A DNA stretch of 62,338 nt, filler included, from Diploschistes diacapsis (lineage: Eukaryota): NCBI GenBank assembly GCA_023645945.1. It is 8 parts of 8 records of this genome, joined end to end, with 100 filler letters (N's around TTAATTAATTAA, not from the genome) between each part and the next. Parts side by side here need not be neighbours in the genome. Positions count along the whole stretch, not along the records: positions 1 to 24,501 come from JALAIB010000236.1; positions 24,602 to 26,713 come from JALAIB010002364.1; 6 more parts are not named here. One strand, given 5' to 3'. Every line of letters starts with the position of its first letter. Within the stretch, counting starts at the first letter, position 1. Of this stretch, positions 13,293 to 25,761 are shown one piece after another. The notes below the pieces were generated by a model that had not been told where the DNA came from, did no database searches, and worked only from the letters and a program-made list of their open reading frames with translations. The position numbers and the translations under genes are program-made.

Positions 13293-14015
13293 ATGCCGCC
13301 CTCTTCCTCACAAGACTTTCAACCCTATTTTGTGCCCGGCTACGGGATTAGTAGGCACATTATCGTCTCCCATATACAGTACTTTCTCGGTCCCTACGCG
13401 ACTGTGAGGCCATATCAATACCGAGGACGAGAGGGCTTCCTTGTGAATGCACCCGGGCAGCTGACCAAGGTGAGTTGAGTGTTCGTTCAATTCTCGCACT
13501 CTGAAGCGATCAAACGTCAGCCTGTTCCGTCTTAGCCGCATTTCAGCAATCATCTTTGGATAAGCGAGGCGACCGATGTGTGCGCCCAAAGTGCTCAACG
13601 CTCATTCCTGATCTGCGGCTCATATCTCAGAATCTCACCCTCGCACATCTCCCGTCACGACCACATAAGCGGTTAATCCGTCGACTCCACCAGCCGCCTC
13701 TTCCGGAACCCGCTCGCCCCCAAACCCACTGACACCATATCTCGTGTCGCTTTCCTCTTTCGGCGTCAACCCTGCGCCCGATTTCTGTGGACCCCTTTTT
13801 CATCCTCCAATATCATTTTCCAGTCGAACAGAGTTGGCTGACACGAATTCCTTCTAAATCAGTCGCAAATTGAAGACCTCCAATCGCTGTCTCGCCAATA
13901 TGAGTACCAAGCCGCCGAGCGCATGGTGTCGCCCCAGCAGCAGGGCCAGAGCGCGGAGCAGCTTTACATCAACCAGCCCGTGCAAGTCCCCGAGCGACAC
14001 CGACGGCGCTTCTGA
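13293..14015 (+). CDS. Small (109 aa) RfeG-like fungal protein
   Basis: Exons 13293-13469 and 13863-14015 (intron GTGAGT..GCTGAC..CAG) give YFVPGYGISRHIIVSHIQYFLGPYATVRPYQYRGREGFLVNAPGQLTK|SQIEDLQSLSRQYE, resembling my recollection of the RfeG N-terminal domain (YFVP..GI.R.VI..DI..YLG..A.VRP..LT..MIEDL). Confidence 0.7.
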
Positions 14016-15623
14016 CTGCTGAATCGGCGCGTCAGCACGGGAATAGGAGAGATAAAGGGCGGACAAAGATGCCTGTGCCGCCAAGCGGAAGCTGGGCGGA
14101 TACGGGACTGCGGTGGCAGGGAGGAGATCTGTCAGCTTACTGGACACACTGCTCCTTAAATTTAAAAAGTCACTTTTCCGCCCAAGTCGGGTGCGATCCA
14201 ACATGCCAGGGTCTAAAGCGTTACAATTAATACCTGGGCGCACTTTTCTTTTCTTTTTTGGGAATCTACATTTTTTTCCCGTTCCGCTACCGCTTGCTTC
14301 CGGCTACGACATGACAATACGACGGAAAGCGGGAAGAAGAGTTCCTCCCCCGCATTTTTTCTCTGCCTCTGCCTCTAGCTCTGCCTCTGTCTCTACCACC
14401 GCCTTCTTCTACCTTCCTTCGTCAAAGCATCCCATCCCATCGCCAGCACCCGAATCATGATACGCACACGCATACGGACGCGGGGCGCTCAGTCCGGAGC
14501 CGAGACACTCCTATTCCTATTCCTGTTTAACGTTTGTGCTGTCCACTGTGCAGAGCGAGCGCTCTTTAGGACGGGATGCGTTGGCGGGGCTTACGGCTGC
14601 GGTGTGCTGTATATGCGGCGTCACAAGGACGAGCGGGTTTGGAAGAACGGAGGAAGGGAAGACCGGAACAGGGGAAAGGGAGGACAGCGAGGGAGAGCAG
14701 GGGAGTTCCGCGCTTTCATTTCAAACATGCCGTCTTTTACCGCTTACCGCTTGTCTTTGCCTGCTTACTTTGCCGTCCATCCGTCCGTCCAGTCCGTCCG
14801 TCCGTGCGTGTGTGGGTGTGTGGGTGTGTGGGCGTCCCTTTTCTTCTTACGCCGAATTTTATTATTACGGAGTTACGAAATGCTGTATCCTCTATACATG
14901 CATATATACATACATAGAACCGAGATGGGATGGGGTAAATGCTATTATCTTCCTCATACCTGCGTACCGCTGTTGTATCCGGGGGTGTTCGGTTAGGTTG
15001 ACAATGTTCGGCATGTCGATGTAGTAGTTGGGGTGGTGGGCTTAAGGGCGCGCTTGTCTGCCTCTGGTACCTTGTCCACCCCTCGCTACCATACCATACC
15101 AGCTGGACCCTACAACTATAGTACTGACTGGTGTGTGAGCATAAGCATAAGCCTTAACCCTGGTGCGATTGAGTGAAGAATACAAGTGTTTTAACACCAT
15201 GTTTAATTAGTTCAGTGCTCACTCGACCACCAAGGCAGCGCGAGCTCGCGTCCAAGCTTCTTCCTCCTCGAAGCAGGCACGTATAAAGCGGACAGGCTCG
15301 GGGTATCTCGTACGACGTGAATACTACATCTCATACTCCCCTCCAGCTCAGGCTGGCAAGCAGAGCAAAGCAAAGAAACATCCCAGCATTTGTTTCATCC
15401 GACATGAAAATACAAGCAAAGGCACACAGAATCCTCCCTCCCCCCGAAGAGCATCGGTCTTCTCGTAATACCCACAGCAGGTAAGAACCAACGAGCCCAC
15501 ACGCCGAAATGTCCAGCATGTATCCGTACACCTATCTCGCCTGACTATCGCTCAACGATGTTAACATCTAGAACAGGCTCGATCGGTCGTCACATATCGT
15601 ACATCTATCGTCGTAACGCTTGC

Positions 15624-18220
15624 TCACCTCCCCATATAACCCGCCCTTCCTCTAACAAAGAAACCCTCGTTCCCCGACGGCGGTCTAAAACTCTGGCCGC
15701 CGCCCCTTCCGCCACCGCCACGCGGCCTCGTCTGCCTGGGCGGCGATCTGGACCTCAGCCGTCCCCCTCCCGCGCCGGGGCGATAATTCTCGCCCTGCGA
15801 ACGATAGTTCCTGTAGTCGTGGTCAAACCTGTTGTTCTGGCCTTGGGGTGGGGGACGGGATGCGTAGCTGCTGTAGTTTCGCTGGTTCCCAGAATTAGCG
15901 TTGCCGTTGAGGTTCGAGAGGCCCTTAATGCGCATATTATTGTTGCCAGGCTTGTTCTGCCGGAGCGGTTGACGGCCTGGGCCTAGAGGGCGGAAAAATT
16001 CGTCAGCGTCCTCCTCAGTATCGGGGCTCTCAAGGTCGATCGGATCGTTTGGGGCTCCCTTCCTGCCTTGAAAAGCGTTGCGTCCGCGCATTTCTTTCCT
16101 GTTTAGACCCCCCGCTTCTGGCCTTTGCGGAAGGATGTTGCCGGGAGTGATGTTCTTGATAGACTGTATAGGACATGGCAGGCCTCTGGAGCTCCACATA
16201 CTACTGCCCATTGGCTTACCCGGACGTCGATGGAGACAGTCGTTACCAAGGTGGCCCGACTCGCCGCATTCGTAGCAATAACGGGCAACGCTAAGCGAAG
16301 GTAATGGGATTTTCCAGATTAGTCCAGAGCTACGCCAGCGGAGCTCACAGTCACCTTCTTCGTGGCCGTCTTCCTGGCATAGATCGCATGTTAGCCGGAT
16401 GTTGTCAGGCTTTAGTTTGAGGAGGCAAGCTGATATGCTGTGGAAGCCACGACACCTAGGACAGCGTTGGTTCTTGGGACAATAGCGGGTAAAATGGTCT
16501 TTGAAAGCTCCGCAACTTGAACATGTTACCGAAGGACAGTATTTCCTCACGTGGCCAGCTTCTGCACACACAGTACACCGAACGGGATCTGATTCCGGTA
16601 TAGTCGTAGGGTCACGACCGACGTAGAAATAACGCACTTGCAGACGCAGCTCTGCAGTCGACAAATCCTTCAGATTCCTGGGTCCGTCTTCGGGTTTTAG
16701 TCCTGGGACTGGTGACGGCTCACGGGATGAAGTAGGTGATTCCGAAGATGCTATCTCTACTATCTCAACAGGTGCTCTGTTGTTTGAGGTTCGGGGCCGT
16801 TGATCTGCGTTCGCGTATTCTGCCACCATATCGTCCTCATCGTTCTCGGACTCCTCAGAAATCTCCCCCGACTCGCTCCGCCCGTTGTCCTTATCGCTGT
16901 CCTCCCCGCTTTCGGCACTATCGCCATCTTCTTCGTCATCTTCCCCTTCAATACCATTTTCTTCTTCTCCGGAATCTTTGTCAGCCTCAAACGGTCTCTC
17001 TTCACTGGAATCGGAATTGGAGGCTTTCTCGACCTCTTCAAAGCGTCTTTTTATACCAGCTCTCGAGGCAGTACGTGGATCTGCAGCTATGTATGTAGTT
17101 GCAGGCTGTCCCCATTCTTCCTTAGTTGGGGAATCGGGCAGTTCCCCATCCTCTGGCCCTGAGCCCACTGAAGATACCAGGTTCAGAATCACACCGTTAT
17201 CGTCTTCATCTGACGTAAGATCAACAACAGATTCGTTCCCTTTCAAGCCGACCTTTTGCAGATCCAAACGAGGATTTTCAGCTTCTTCCTGAAGAGATAG
17301 GCTTCTCATCTTTGTCCTGACGCCATTTCCTTTGTAGGCAACGTCGTCTGAGAGTTCCTCAGCGGTAGGCTTATGGGTTTTAGAAGAGAATCCATTCGCC
17401 GATGATTGCTTAGCTAACGTAGTTTCCTTAGCTTTCGCAGCAGTTAGGCCCGTCTTCGCTCTCGAGATCAGTTCGTTCAAAGGTACTTTTTGCTTTGGTG
17501 GAAAATTCTCGAATATCGGAGACGAAGCCGTCGGTTCATCAAGTCCGGCTTTAAAGTCCTTTCGCGCGCGTTGAATGCTTACTTTCCGGCCTCCAATAGT
17601 CCGACCTGACAGCGTAGAGATAAGATGTTCGACATCGGCAGGGTTAGAAACATTTACAAAGCCGTAACCACAGGGACGCAATGTCCGAGGATTGGAAGAC
17701 AGTTCTACGGATTCGCTGGTAACATAATGTCAGACAATGCTAACATAGATCAAAACATTAGATAGTCTACTCACATTTGGACACTTCCAAAAAGATCCTC
17801 AAGGTCTCGCGGAGTGGCGGAAAAAGGGAGATTCCCTACGTAAAGACTTCGTCCCTCATCCATGGCATCCGGGCCATTGCGGACGGAGGATGTAGTAGAA
17901 TCTGATGGCCGGTCATCTGCCACTTGAGGAGCAGCTCTAGCGGATGAAGCTTGGACATTAGACATCGTCAGTGTCGAAGGCTCAGAGGTAGTAGTCGGAG
18001 TATTAGATGGGGGCTGCATCGTGGGCTTAGGTGAAGCTAGTTCTGGATCCACCGAACCAGTAGAAGAGCTTTGTGCGTTCGCTGTAGAGAGACCATTTGG
18101 CCTATGCGTCTCGATTTGCCCGTTGGGAGGTGCGGCTTTGGGTTGAGGTGCAGACGGGCGAGCGCTGCGTAGGCTCGTCCTGATAGTCCGTGAGCTCCCC
18201 GCGCCAGGATTCCAGTTCAT
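15624..18220 (-). CDS. Air1/Air2-like zinc-knuckle RNA-binding protein with an N-terminal RRM
   Basis: Exons 18220-17775 and 17716-15624; RNP2 LYVGNLPF and RNP1 CGYGFVNV; acidic linker; five CCHC-type knuckles (CTVCAEAGHVRKYC, CSSCGAFKDHFTRYC, CPRCRGFHSISAC, CDLCQEDGHEEGDC, CYECGESGHLGNDC); RG-rich tail. Confidence 0.82.
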
Positions 18221-19295
18221 TGTAGGCTTAAGTGTGGAAAGAGGGATCTTGGCGAGTCGTAGAGTTGTTTATCTGCCGTCCTGAAAGGTCTAGTTCCGCT
18301 CAAGCAGTCCCGTAATTCCGGTCTTTTACTATAGCATCTCCATCGCAACAGTCAAGGGTATATCAGCTAGTACAGAAACTCGCCCCATAAGGGCTAGGAC
18401 CAATATAGAGATATCTTTCCTCTGAATCGAAAGCTCTGGAACTTTAGCACGGAAGATATCTTGGGGGATGGATAATCGCTATGCCTGTTCTTCAACACGC
18501 ATGCCTTAGCTTTCAATCCTTCCACTCAAATGGACAGAGGACAGCCTGATCCTGCTTTACCCTAAATAACATCATAACTCCGTTCTTATCTCCATGCCAA
18601 AACTGTCCTCCTGTTGCTCAACTAAGCTAAGCCACTTGGGGTAACTTCCCGGCGGAAAATTAATCGGCCGTAGCAAGCCACTCACGCCACTTTCCTTGGT
18701 CTGCCCCAAAGGGGTTCTTTAGGCGGCTCAAAGTTACGTGGTGAAGTGTGCATGCTATGGAAAGGATTTTGGACATGCTTGTTTCTGTCATGCCTGTCTT
18801 TTGAGCGTGCTTCTTACTGTTTATGACAGAAGTTTTGGTTTGATGCAGGAAAGCAGCTTTCAGCAAGCGTCTTAGTATCCCTGGTTCTTGTCTTCTCGTC
18901 TGTGATTGCTAGGACTTACGAGACATCCGCTTCAGCTGTACGGCTACAAGGGAGCTTTTCTTGTATCTACTGCTCTTCGTCATCTCTCTCTTTTACTTCT
19001 CTAACGGTATGTCCCCAAGTTATTGCTCTTCCATGGCATTCAAGATTTTGCGTCGAGCTCCCTAAAACAAGCGAGTTGTAGCACCCCGGAGATTGCTACC
19101 AACTTGGTGCAACAGACACACCCCGATATCTTTCCCCTACCGAGCCAAACCGAAACCCCCAGTCCACGTCTCTAAACCCTTCTTACCCGAACCTCCAAGC
19201 TCTCCAAACCCACCGCCAACCTGTCTTCCATCCTCCTCCCCCGCACCCTCAGATTCGCCCCCGGAACTGGGGCCGGTCCAGCAAACAGGGACAAG

Positions 19296-20073
19296 ATGCA
19301 GCAGAGCAAGCAAGGCCGCCGGCGCCGCTCCAGCAGCGTGATAATATACAAGGAGCCGCCCGAGCCACCGGAACAGATCGTCGACCAGTCCGCGCTGCCG
19401 AACGTCAATGCGTCGTGGGTGAATGGCAAAGGTAAGGCGCAAGAAACATACTTTTACCACCCATTTCCCCTCCAATAAAAAAAAAAAGGCCCCCTTTAGC
19501 AAAGAGGGAAACTACCAAGACATCTAACTAACCCCTTTCTCTTCTCGCGCAGGCGCCTGGGTGATCCACTTCGTCCTGATCGCCCTCCTGAAGCTCGTCT
19601 TCGACTCGCTACCCGGCATGACGCAGGAGACCTCCTGGACGCTGACCAACATCTCCTACATGACCGGCAGCTACCTGATGTTCCACTACGTGCAGGGCGT
19701 GCCCTTCGACTTCAACGCGGGCGCCTACGACAACCTCAACATGTGGGAGCAGATAGACAACGGCGACCAGTACACCCCGGCCAAGAAGTTCCTGCTGTTC
19801 GTGCCCATTGCGCTGTTCCTGCTGAGCACGCACTACACGCACTACGACCTGACTTATTTTACTATCAATTGCCTCGCGGTCGGCGCGGTGGTGATTCCAA
19901 AGTTGCCTTTTGTAAGCATGTTTTCTTTCTTTCTTCTGTACGTTTTTTTTTCTTTGTAGCGGGGGCCGGTTTTGGTATGAAGAGTGCATGAGAGCTGAGC
20001 TAATAGTACTTTTTCTTGGCAGAGTCATCGAATGCGAGTATCCATATTCTCGGGCCCGCCGGAGAATCGATGA
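19296..20073 (+). CDS. ORM1: Orm1/ORMDL sphingolipid homeostasis protein
   Basis: Exons 19296-19431, 19553-19911, 20023-20073; RRRRSSS, DQSALPNVNASWVNGKGAW, GVPFDFNAGAYDNLNMWEQIDNGDQYTPAKKFL, PKLPFSHRMR. Confidence 0.96.
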
Positions 20074-20434
20074 GGGGACTGGATGGGCGAAAGTTTTCTG
20101 GGGTTTGCGTGTACGATTGGAGGTTCTCTGACAAAAAGCGGTAGAGGGGCTTGGAAGGGGGCGGTTGGATCAACGAGAATTCATATTCGGAATTTCCTAG
20201 ACCGAGGCAAATTGCTTGCACACCAGCCAGCACGTGCTCGATCGTCGAGGAAATGATCATTCCTTTCAAATCCATCTGGGTGGCTGTTTTTGATTTTCCA
20301 TGATCGGCGTATCGGCGTGGAAGTTATACGTGTATCTTGCCGTGCCCTATTTCTACCGACAAGGCCCCCATTTGGTGGCCTTCTCCTGGACAGCCACCAC
20401 ACTCCAGCCAGGCTCGTCAAGCCAGCCGCGGTAC

Positions 20435-22301
20435 TTAAGCCACGCCTTCCTTCCAAGCCCACAGCTTCCCGAATCCCCTCTCCCGCACCTCCCTCCTCGC
20501 CGCCCCATCCACAAACCTCGGCTCCGCACCCTCTGCGCCCTTCGCACCCCCACTCCCCACAACCCTCAACAGCACCACCATGGCCACCGCACTGACAATG
20601 CTCAGCACCAGTATCCCCACCATGACCAAGTTCGAGCGCCGGTACTGCGTCGGCCCGGGCACACTATCCGCCGGCCAGCCCGCATAGAGCGCATAGGTCG
20701 TCAGAATGCTACCCAAGTTACCCAGGCCACTAACCAGGGCACTGGCGGCAGCAACGCCGACCTCGCCGTGGCGCGGCTGGAAGATCTCCGTGGTCCAGGT
20801 CATGGTTATGGGGACGGTGGGGCCGAGGCCGAAGCCGACGAGCAGAAGGCCGACGTAGCGGGACCAGGGGGTCGGGGCGAAGGTGGTGGTGAGGAGGCCG
20901 GTGATCTGGAGGAGGCAAGGGAGAGAGAAGAAGAGGGGGCGGTGCTGGTGGAAGCGGTCGGAGAGGGGGGTGACGAGGAGGATGGCTATTAGGTCGCACT
21001 GTGGAGGGAGAGGGGCGTTAGTGAGATGAGAATGTGGCGGTAAGGGTTCAACGAGAAGAAGGTGTGGGGAAAGGGTTATAGCGGATTAGAAGGAGGAAGA
21101 GGGCTGGAGGAACGCTTACGATCCAGATAGGTGCGAAGAGAAGGCTTAGTTGTACGCCCGTGAGGCTCGGGTTGATGGCTTGAATGATGACGGTTCCATA
21201 GTTTTGCGTGCCGATGCCGACGCCGACAACGCCGAAGTACATGAGCATGAGCGGCCATAGGCGCCAGTCTATCAGGACTTTCACAAGGTCTCTCAAGTTC
21301 CAGGGACGATGATGGTAAACTCTGGTAAGGTCGCGATAGTGAATCTCCGCGTCCTCGCCGGTCAGGGCGGGCAGAGTCCGAGGTATCCACCTATGCCAGC
21401 CTGTCTTGGCCCTCGTCTCGCCGGGAGCGAGAGGGCGGTCTGGAAGCCACCAGAGGAGGACGAAGCCGAGAATTACACCGACCAGGCCGTAAATGAGGAA
21501 CATCCACTGAAACCCTACCAGACCGCCGGCGCCGTCCATCAACTGGAAGCCTGCGGAGACCAGGCCGACCACGGCTGCAGATACCTGAGCGGCGGTGAAG
21601 TACTGACCAATTCGTTTGCCCGTGCGCGAAGGGGGGTAGAAGAGCGTCAGATAAAAGGCCATGCCGGGCCACATTCCGGCAATAACGATACCTAGGAGAA
21701 GACGAAGAAGGCTTTGCACGGTCAGCTCCTACAAGTGACAGCAGGCTTGTAAACCATACTAGAGGCTCCAGGCAGCCTTCATGGCAGCCATACAAGCTCC
21801 GACTAGCCCAGTCCCGATCACGATCCTGCTCATCCATATATGAGGGCTGAGTCGAGACATGACCAGGTTGGATGGGAAATCAAAGATGACATAGCAGACA
21901 TAGAACAAGGCCAGCCCCGTGGAGATTTGCTTCGGCGTAAGGTCCAGCACGTCGGCCAAATCATGCCCTTGGGCCTCGTTCATGGTCTGAGCGAGGCCGA
22001 CATTGGACCTGATGGCAGAGCAGACGAAGTACAGCAACCAGAATGCTAAACAATTTAGTACGCCTATGGCTTGGGTCTGATGTGACACACCTGGTATAAT
22101 CCGCCGGTCGAGCTTCCTAAAACTCTTTTCAGTGACTTTATATACCTCAACGAGATTCTATATTTACTTGTACACCTTCTCGATCCTTGCGAGATCAACC
22201 TCCCCAGACTCTACATCTCTCTGCTCCGGAAGGTTCCTAACGTTACCTTCCAGGCTCTTTCCCATGGTGGGTACCGCCTTGTGTGGTGGGGTTGTCGCCA
22301 T
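20435..22301 (-). CDS. MFS transporter, anion:cation symporter (Dal5/Tna1-like) family
   Basis: Multi-exon; IEKVYKKLDRRIIP, AFWLLYFVCSAIRSNVGLAQTMN, ALFYVCYVIFDFPSNL, YLTLFYPPSRTGKRIGQYF, GLVGFQWMFLIYG; stop at 20435; start could be 22301 or in-frame 22265. Confidence 0.9.
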
Positions 22302-22879
22302 CTTTAAGGATGCTATATAAGTATATCACGGCGCGAAGGAGATATCAAAAGGAATTAAGGAACATGGACATGCAAATCACCTGCAAAGGTAAGAGCTTGA
22401 ACGGTCCATTTCCGCCAAGCCCACTCCCTCAGGCACTTAAGAAAAGGAAGGATGGCATTGGTGCTCTAGGAAACACCCCGATCTCGTTAACAAACCCACT
22501 TGGTGTGAGAAATCTCGCGAGGGCCTGCTCATCTAGTGGGTGGGGCTCTGTGTGGGAGGGAGTCCATCTCAAGTCCACAGGTTTCCCGCTCTTAAAAGAA
22601 GCTTAACTTAACCGCGTAAATAATTATGTCGACGGGAGTTTCCTCAAGCAGTTTAGCGTTCCAAATATTAATAACTTACAATACGCTTTCAGATACCCGA
22701 AATAAGAAATAACGATTAGTCTATGGATTTTGGATATTACTATATTTGGGATGTAGCGGGTTAGTTAAATACCTCCGTGCGGAACGAAGCGCAACGACTA
22801 TCTTTAATAGCTAATGCGCGAAAACTAATTGCTGCATTGGAGAACCCATTGGACTCGACACTTTGGACGGCGTGGGCAG

Positions 22880-23959
22880 AGGTGTTGATTCTCCTCTTTG
22901 AACATCTGGCACAAGAATGATACGCCATGTACTCGACAGCAACTTGCCGACTCAACTTCTTCCGATCCGGCTCTTCTGATTTATTGGCCAAGGTCCCGTG
23001 CTGAGGCATCTGGCCGCAATGTTCGTTATTGAAGAGGTCACTACTGATACATATCAATCGACACAACTATCCAAAGCCTTAACTGTCCCAAAATATCGGG
23101 ATGCCATTCCCTTTTGGTAGGTCTTCGAAACTAAGGTGTGTGAGAAAGTACGAAACTGATATAGAGCAGTGCTGAAGCTGGTGGATCTGTCTTTTAGAAG
23201 CTTCCAGCATTCCTTAAGCAGATAGGCTATAAGAAGCCAACTGATGCGACTGCCGGGCCTTTCCAATTTGGTCACGACACTACGTTGCAATCGTCCCAGT
23301 GGCGCAAAGAAAGACTTGACATACAGACCGCTTTTAACAACCACATAGCCGGTTACCATCAAGGCCGGCCAAGCTGGCCGGATGATGGATTCTATCCTAT
23401 AAGGAACGAGTCTTTCCGGGAATAAAGGAGAGTCCAGAAGCTGTTGCGATGTAGACATTGGCGATAGCATTGGGCATGATCTGCAAGAGCTTAAAGAAAA
23501 AGAGGCCGGAGGTCCCGGGCAAGTTCGTCTTGCGAGATTGCCACAGGTAATTGAGCAGGTGAAGGACCTCCTGGCAGACATTGAGGCTACAATCCATGAT
23601 TTTTGGACTTCTCAGCCCGTTAAAGGAACGCGCATGTACTCCATGCATTCAGTGCTCCATGATTGGACAATGACTGCAGAGAACTGCTTCGACAGACTGC
23701 TGCGGCCATGGACAAGGGCTATTCGAAGTTGCTGATCAATGAGAATGTGATTCCTGACGAAGGTGCCTCTTCTCAGGTGACTTCGCTCGATTGGTTTATG
23801 ATGGGTTTAGCAGCATCGAGGGAGCGCACAGAAAGGCAATGGGGTGAATTACTAGAGAGTGTGGGCTTCAAGATCACTGGCATTTGGTCCAAGAATGCTA
23901 CTTCTGCGGCTTTTAACTCATTACGAAGGAACCATCTATTATTAAGCACTACCCTCTAG
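22880..23959 (+). pseudogene. Frameshifted SAM-dependent O-methyltransferase (secondary-metabolism type)
   Basis: Fragments in different frames: LPAFLKQIGYKKPTDATAGPFQFGH, AFNNHIAGYHQGRPSW..FYP, VDIGDSIGHDL (degenerate SAM motif), LPQVIE, HDFWTSQPVKG, MHSVLHDW, KLLINENVIP, RERTERQWGELLESVGF; 5' boundary approximate. Confidence 0.82.
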
Positions 23960-24342
23960 CTTGGGGGGTCTAATTCGCTTGTCTAGAACATCAGAATTCA
24001 GTACTTCCAGAAGTAAGCGGATGAAGATCAGGCCACATGAACAGGGAAGCAGCCCCATTCCGCTATGATTGGACACGAGTATTTGAGCCTGAAATAGCTG
24101 GCGAAGTTCGCTTTAAAACAGAGTAGCCCGAAAAGTGCTTCCTGTTTTCAATACATACAACAGACTAGTCCCGAATGAGGCGTGAGTAAAACTTGCCATC
24201 GTAAAAACCGCCTCCATAAACAAAATCTCGTGTCATCTCCCGGATGCTTCCTTCGAGAACATCCTCCCCGACTGTGCGCAGGATGTGAGCCCAAGTTTCG
24301 GCAACGCTCGCCATACAATACATAAGACTTCCTCCGCTCGCA

Positions 24343-24483
24343 ATGGCCCGCGTCCAACCCAGCCTCCTCTCCTCCGCGCGAACCCGTCTCCGCCCAGCCT
24401 CATCCCTCCGCGCGAACCCACAGCTCCACCACCACCACCAGCAACGGCGGCATCTCCAAACCCTCAAAGACAACCCACACATC
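24343..24483 (+). CDS. First exon of a probable mitochondrial-targeted conserved fungal protein (rest lost at contig end)
   Basis: MARVQPSLLSSARTRLRPASSLRANPQL...RRHLQTLKDNPHI, an Arg/Ser-rich, acid-poor presequence-like segment ending at a GTAACC donor just before the linker. Confidence 0.5.
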
Positions 24484-24601
24484 GTAACCCCACCCCCACC
24501 CNNNNNNNNNNNNNNNNNNNNNNNNNNNNNNNNNNNNNNNNNNNNTTAATTAATTAANNNNNNNNNNNNNNNNNNNNNNNNNNNNNNNNNNNNNNNNNNN
24601 N

Positions 24602-25761
24602 CGGCGTTTGGGCCGGTTGTTTGAGGGAGGCGGGGAGGAGGCGGAAGGTGGACATGAAGGTGCCGTCTTCCGCGACCTGGGCTTGGGCCTGAGCTTGCTT
24701 TTGGGTGGACAAGAGGTATGAGGTGTCGGCGCCGGCGTGAAGAGAACGGGTAGAGCTCGTTGTTGGAGGGGCTGTTGAGGGGGTCGAAGAAGCGGCAATG
24801 GCGGCAGAGGAGGCATCCACATTTAGTGCCGCGGGCACCGTAGCATCACCCTGCTCCTGCTCCGGCTTAACCGTCCTGTCGCTCTCCCACCCTTCGTCTT
24901 CGTCCTCGTCCTCCCCGTCGAAAAACACCCGCTCCTCAAACTCCTCCATCGACAACTCCCGCCTATCCCCCGCAATCTCCGCAAACAAATCCCCCTCCTC
25001 ATCTCCATCCACGTACGCCTCGTCCTCCAGCGCCTCCAGCACCTCCCGCAGCCGCGGATCCATATCCGGCTGGAACCCCGCCAGCGCGTCCGGCACGTCC
25101 TGCTGGTCCTGGTACGTGCGGCGCTGTAGCTCCGCGGACGGCAGGATCGTGGGGTCTGTCAGTTTGCCCCTGGCATCCTGCTGGCGCCGCTCGTGCTCGA
25201 GATCGAGGTTGCGGAGAGCGTCGGCGAGGGATTGGTCATGTTTTCCTTTCGCCGTGTCCTTTCCCTTTCCGTTGCTGGAGGAGCTGGGTGCTTCGATCCA
25301 CGTGGTGCCCGCCCCTCCTTCCCCAGCTCCGCTCTCCACGCCGCCGCCCAAGTCCCGCATGTGCTGCATGTAGTCGTACTCGGTGTCGTCGAAGTATATC
25401 CCATGCTCCGCCGCCTCGCCCTCGTTGGCTCGCGCACGGCTCCATCCGCTCTGGCTGCTGGCATCCGAGAAGGAGTCGCCGCCGAAGAGCTCGGCCTCGA
25501 GATCGCACCGGTTTCGGGGTTTGTGGGACTGTGTGGGCGCAAGCTCTTGGAAGACGTGGGCGGAAGAGAAGGCATCATGGATTAGGGGGTCGGTTTGAGG
25601 GCGGTGCAGGAGTTGGTAGGTTGTTGAGGTATTCTTGTCACTGCGGGAGAAATATGATGAGCGGAGTTTATAGAGGGGAGAGTGGGGTGTTTTAGGGATG
25701 TCGGAAAGGAGAGTAAGGGAGGCAAGCTTGGAGGGGCTTACATCCACTTTTTACGAGGCAT
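24602..25761 (-). CDS. LTV1: 40S ribosome biogenesis factor Ltv1 (3' truncated by contig end)
   Basis: Exon 25761-25742, intron 25741-25641, then MPRKKWIDKNTSTTYQLLHRPQTDPLIHD, GEAAEHGIYFDDTEYDYMQHMRDLG, YQDQQDVPDALAGFQPDMDPRLREVLEALEDEAYV. Confidence 0.93.

Noticed and set aside
14113..15024. Overlapping plus-strand ORFs of 113-179 aa
   Set aside because: Low-complexity, microsatellite-derived translations; better explained as UTR
24165..24501. Minus-strand ORF as the LTV1 C-terminus across the gap
   Set aside because: No Ltv1 similarity; it is the antisense shadow of a plus-strand exon on a different contig
24546..24557. Recurrent TTAATTAATTAA as a biological repeat
   Set aside because: Always centred in N-runs of identical length; it is an assembly linker
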